Origin: an uncultured Nitrospiraceae bacterium | GTDB taxonomy: Bacteria; Nitrospirota; Thermodesulfovibrionia; Thermodesulfovibrionales; Dissulfurispiraceae | Reading direction: 5' to 3' | Assembly (NCBI GenBank): GCA_963727805.1 | Contig: CAVSHF010000003.1 | Location: 2,208,001 to 2,272,000 of the forward strand | Length of the DNA: 64,000 bases | In this document: in pieces, positions 60,898 to 64,000 of the stretch | Position numbering within the stretch: position 1 is the first letter of the stretch | Layout of the letters: every line of letters starts with the position of its first letter | Notes under the pieces: model-generated | What the model was told of the DNA's origin: nothing | The model's input: the letters and a program-made list of their open reading frames with translations, nothing else | The model's database searches: none | Made by a program: the position numbers and the translations under genes

Positions 60898-61854
60898 TTA
60901 ATCCTCAGTGTCAAGCAGGATTTTAACATGATTACGTAACAGTTCAGGCAGCCGATTCACACAGTAGCCGCCCTCGAGAACCGAGATGATACGTCCCCCC
61001 GCATATTTTTCAGACATCGTAACAAGCCGTTTCATGATCCACGTGAATCCCTCCGTCGACAAATTTATATCGGACATATCATCATCGACATGGGCATCGA
61101 AGCCTGCTGACACAAGAATGACTTCTGGTTTGAATTGCTCGAATGCAGGCAACAGATCCCTCTTCAATAATTCTTTATATGCTTCATCGCCTTGTTCTGG
61201 CAATACAGTCGTATTGAGCGTAAACCCTAACCCCGGCCCTGCCCCCTTTTCAAATTCCCTGCCTGTGCCGGGATATGAAAATGAAGGATGCTCATGTATC
61301 GAGTAAAAGAAGACCGAGGGATCGTCCTCAAAAATACTCTGCGTGCCGTTTCCGTGATGGACATCGAAATCCACTATGCCAATCCGCTTGACTCCCCACT
61401 TGTTCTGAAGATATCTTGCCGCAATGGCGATATTGTTAAAAAAACAGAAACCCATAACCCTGTTGGCCTCGGCATGATGTCCGGGCGGTCTGACAGCGCA
61501 GAAGGCATTGTCTATCTCGCCCTTCATTACCCGTTCCACGGTGTCTATAACGCCGCCTGCCGCCAGCATGGCGGTCTCGAAGGTATCCCGACAAAGCCTG
61601 TTGTCCGGAGTGTCAAGCACGTCCAATCCCCGAAGGCTCGCCTCTTCAAAACGCAGAATGAGTTGCAAGCTATGCACAGCCTCGATCCACTCCTGTTTCG
61701 CACGACTGGCCTTAATTTGTGTCAAGTACGGCAGCAAGCCCCCCTCTTCCACCCCACGGCAAATCGCAGACAGCCGTTCCGGTGATTCTGGATGCTCCAG
61801 CCCGGTAAGGTGGAGCATGAAACGCTCGTCGTAAAGAAAGCCAGTCCTCCTCAT
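60898..61854 (-). CDS. Histone deacetylase-family (AcuC/AphA-like) protein
   Basis: HPESPERL, RPPGHHA, GFCFFNN, DFDVHHGNGTQ, SAGFDAH, LEGGY. Confidence 0.93.
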   Translation of the reverse strand: MRRTGFLYDERFMLHLTGLEHPESPERLSAICRGVEEGGLLPYLTQIKASRAKQEWIEAVHSLQLILRFEEASLRGLDVLDTPDNRLCRDTFETAMLAAGGVIDTVERVMKGEIDNAFCAVRPPGHHAEANRVMGFCFFNNIAIAARYLQNKWGVKRIGIVDFDVHHGNGTQSIFEDDPSVFFYSIHEHPSFSYPGTGREFEKGAGPGLGFTLNTTVLPEQGDEAYKELLKRDLLPAFEQFKPEVILVSAGFDAHVDDDMSDINLSTEGFTWIMKRLVTMSEKYAGGRIISVLEGGYCVNRLPELLRNHVKILLDTED

Positions 61855-62341
61855 ATAATTCTGATGCATCATAATAAATAATAAAATATTCTTCATCCAA
61901 AATAACACTGCAAGTGCCGGCTTTAATATTCTCATACTCTGATATGGTGATAGCCGTCACCGAATCTCCCGGTGCTTAGCTGTACTGTTAAATCAGGGAG
62001 GTGGATTTCGATGGGGATAAGAAAACTGTCTCTCTGCGTGGTCGCGACGTCAGTGATCTGGGTGATCGCTTTAGCCTTCTTTGAGTTTGCTTTGTTGGTT
62101 GCGCTTGTGGCTTCGGTCAGAAATGGGGATATTGCGTTGAATGTCGTGTTTGCATCATGCTCGGCGCTTTTCGTGGGCGCCAACTACGTTTTTATCAGGT
62201 TTCTGGTGTGCGAAGCAGCCGATTATAAAAGAAACGGAACCCCTGGGCAGAATAGGCATAGAAACTCTTCAGTCCTGTCCGATCAGAGAATTCTATCTCA
62301 GGATTAATGGAAAACCGTACTTCATCGAAAGGAGAAGTAAA

Positions 62342-62539
62342 ATGATTATAGCTTTAAAAGATGTCTGGGCAAAGTTTGAAAAATACGCTCAGGATAAAGG
62401 GTATACCAAGCGAATACTTACGGCATACGTGCTTTGCAATCAGCAGGGCAATCGGATCAAGTTGATTTCGATCCGGTCAGGCCAACACAAGATGGTCGTT
62501 TGGGAAGATAACATGGATTATTACGAAATGGACATATAA
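62342..62539 (+). CDS. Small hypothetical protein
   Basis: RBS AAGGAG before MIIALKDVW. Confidence 0.45.
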   Translation: MIIALKDVWAKFEKYAQDKGYTKRILTAYVLCNQQGNRIKLISIRSGQHKMVVWEDNMDYYEMDI

Positions 62540-63055
62540 TAGCTAATATTATGAGAGCACGATGAAATATTCCGAATATTGTCCGAAACAATCACCCGTG
62601 TTGAGTCAGGACTGACTCTTAATCATTCATCAAAGATGCACTCAGCAAGTTTGCAGAAGCCGATTTAAACATATCAGTCGGAGCGAACTTTAGTGCGGCA
62701 AGTTTATAAACAAAGATTTTCTATCGCTTTGCGTGAGCATCGACTATCAGCGTTTCCTACAGCTATTCATTTCCTATGGTGTGCCCCTGAAAAAACTAAT
62801 ACAATTGTGATTATTGTAACTGGCAATCCATGACGTAAATGCTTGACTGCATAACAAAAGGGGTCCTGAGCATACCCGAATGAGACATCAAAATACTCGG
62901 AAAGATACGTTCAAAAAAAAATATCGCATATTTTTGCGTTATCATTGTTATGACGATGGCGTGTTTTTAAACAGACTGAAAAGACCTTTCCCTTTCCCCC
63001 GCAGAGGCATGACCGGATATTTCTACTTTGCTTTGCCGTGATTTCGCAGTTCGAT

Positions 63056-63084
63056 TTGACAGAATTTGGCAAAAATGATATTCT
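63056..63084 (+). promoter_or_regulatory. Candidate sigma-70 promoter of acs
   Basis: TTGACA-N17-TATTCT with extended TG. Confidence 0.55.
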
Positions 63085-63220
63085 GCACAAATTGTTTATA
63101 CGCTAGCCTAAAGCTGTCAAAGTACTGTTGTCACACATTTAAAACCAGGCTATGCTGTATGATGAATTCCGGAATGCCCATTTTGGGCTGTAATGAAACT
63201 GATAAGAGGAGGAAGTTGGG

Positions 63221-64000
63221 ATGTCGAAAGACAGTATCAAGGTAATGTCAACCGAAAACAGAACTTTTCCACCATCACCTGAATTCAGCAAAAAAGCCCA
63301 TATCAAAAGCATTGATGAGTACGAGAGAATCTACAAGAGGTCGGTGGAAGACCCTGAAGGCTTCTGGGGTGAAATGGCGGAGAAGCAGCTCACATGGTAC
63401 AAAAAATGGGACAAAGTGCTCGATTGGACCTTTGAGGGTAAGCCTGAGATAAAGTGGTTCGCCGGAGGCAAATTGAACGTGTCGTACAATTGCCTAGACC
63501 GTTTTGTCAACACCCCAACCCGGAACAAGGCCGCGTTGATATGGGAGTCTGATGGCGGAAACTACAAGACCTTTACATATCAGCAACTCTATGCTGAGGT
63601 CAACAGGTTCGCCAATGTCATGAAGAAAAACGGCTTGAAAAAGGGTGACCGGGTCACAATTTATCTTCCCATGATCCCAGAGCTGGCCATATCGATGCTC
63701 GCCTGCTCAAGGCTCGGTCTAATTCACAGCATAGTATTCGGCGGGTTCAGCGCCCAAGCATTGAAAGACAGGATACAGGACGCGGGGTCCAAGATGGTCA
63801 TAACCTGCGACAAAAGCGTCAGGGGAGGCAAGTTCATACCGCTTAAGGCCAATGCAGACACCGCTGTCAAGGATTGCCCATCTGTCGAAAAGATGATTGT
63901 AGTAAAGAGAGCCGACGGTGCCGTTGACATGCATGCCGGCAGGGACATCTGGTGGCATGACGAAATGAAGGCCGACGACGTAAGGGGCTATTGCAAGCCC
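63221..64000 (+). CDS. acs: Acetyl-CoA synthetase (5' part, runs off the window)
   Basis: RBS GAGGAGG; SVEDPEGFW, WFAGGKLNVSYNCLDR, IYLPMIPEL, HSIVFGGFS. Not in the ORF track. Confidence 0.93.
   Translation, partial: MSKDSIKVMSTENRTFPPSPEFSKKAHIKSIDEYERIYKRSVEDPEGFWGEMAEKQLTWYKKWDKVLDWTFEGKPEIKWFAGGKLNVSYNCLDRFVNTPTRNKAALIWESDGGNYKTFTYQQLYAEVNRFANVMKKNGLKKGDRVTIYLPMIPELAISMLACSRLGLIHSIVFGGFSAQALKDRIQDAGSKMVITCDKSVRGGKFIPLKANADTAVKDCPSVEKMIVVKRADGAVDMHAGRDIWWHDEMKADDVRGYCKP

Overview
Bacterial chromosome segment of a Gram-negative, probably anaerobic organism; gene content suggests Nitrospirota or deltaproteobacteria, but that assignment is inference only. 1-37.7 kb is mostly housekeeping: LPS core glycosyltransferases, pcm-surE, galT-glgA with a GAF/PAS two-component pair, rlmD-like, suhB, hemG/hemH, ubiX, an atypical GAPDH paired with a 1393-aa PPDK-like dikinase, and kdsD-kdsC-pgsA-plsY-queC. 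Right after tRNA-Met(CAT) (37849-37924) a dense accessory region begins. It holds three IS110-family elements whose bridge/seek-RNA guides can be read against their own flanks, a 638-nt ORF-less group II intron whose EBS1 matches its 5' exon, an intact IS3, and several remnants. The main find is a 3.5-kb transposon (48096-51602) with perfect 24-25-bp TIRs and an 8-10-bp TSD. It encodes an unclassified Zn-ribbon/IS1-like transposase plus a PIN toxin module, and its removal exactly restores the IS110 gene it interrupts. A cryptic ~54-bp motif present in two copies is hit by the intron in one copy and by an IS110 in the other. The right end has a probable selenoprotein (DedA-rhodanese, CTU motif with SECIS-like hairpin), a ubiB/phasin pair behind an alaS remnant, a deacetylase and the start of acs. 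All calls come from reading the sequence; no searches were run.
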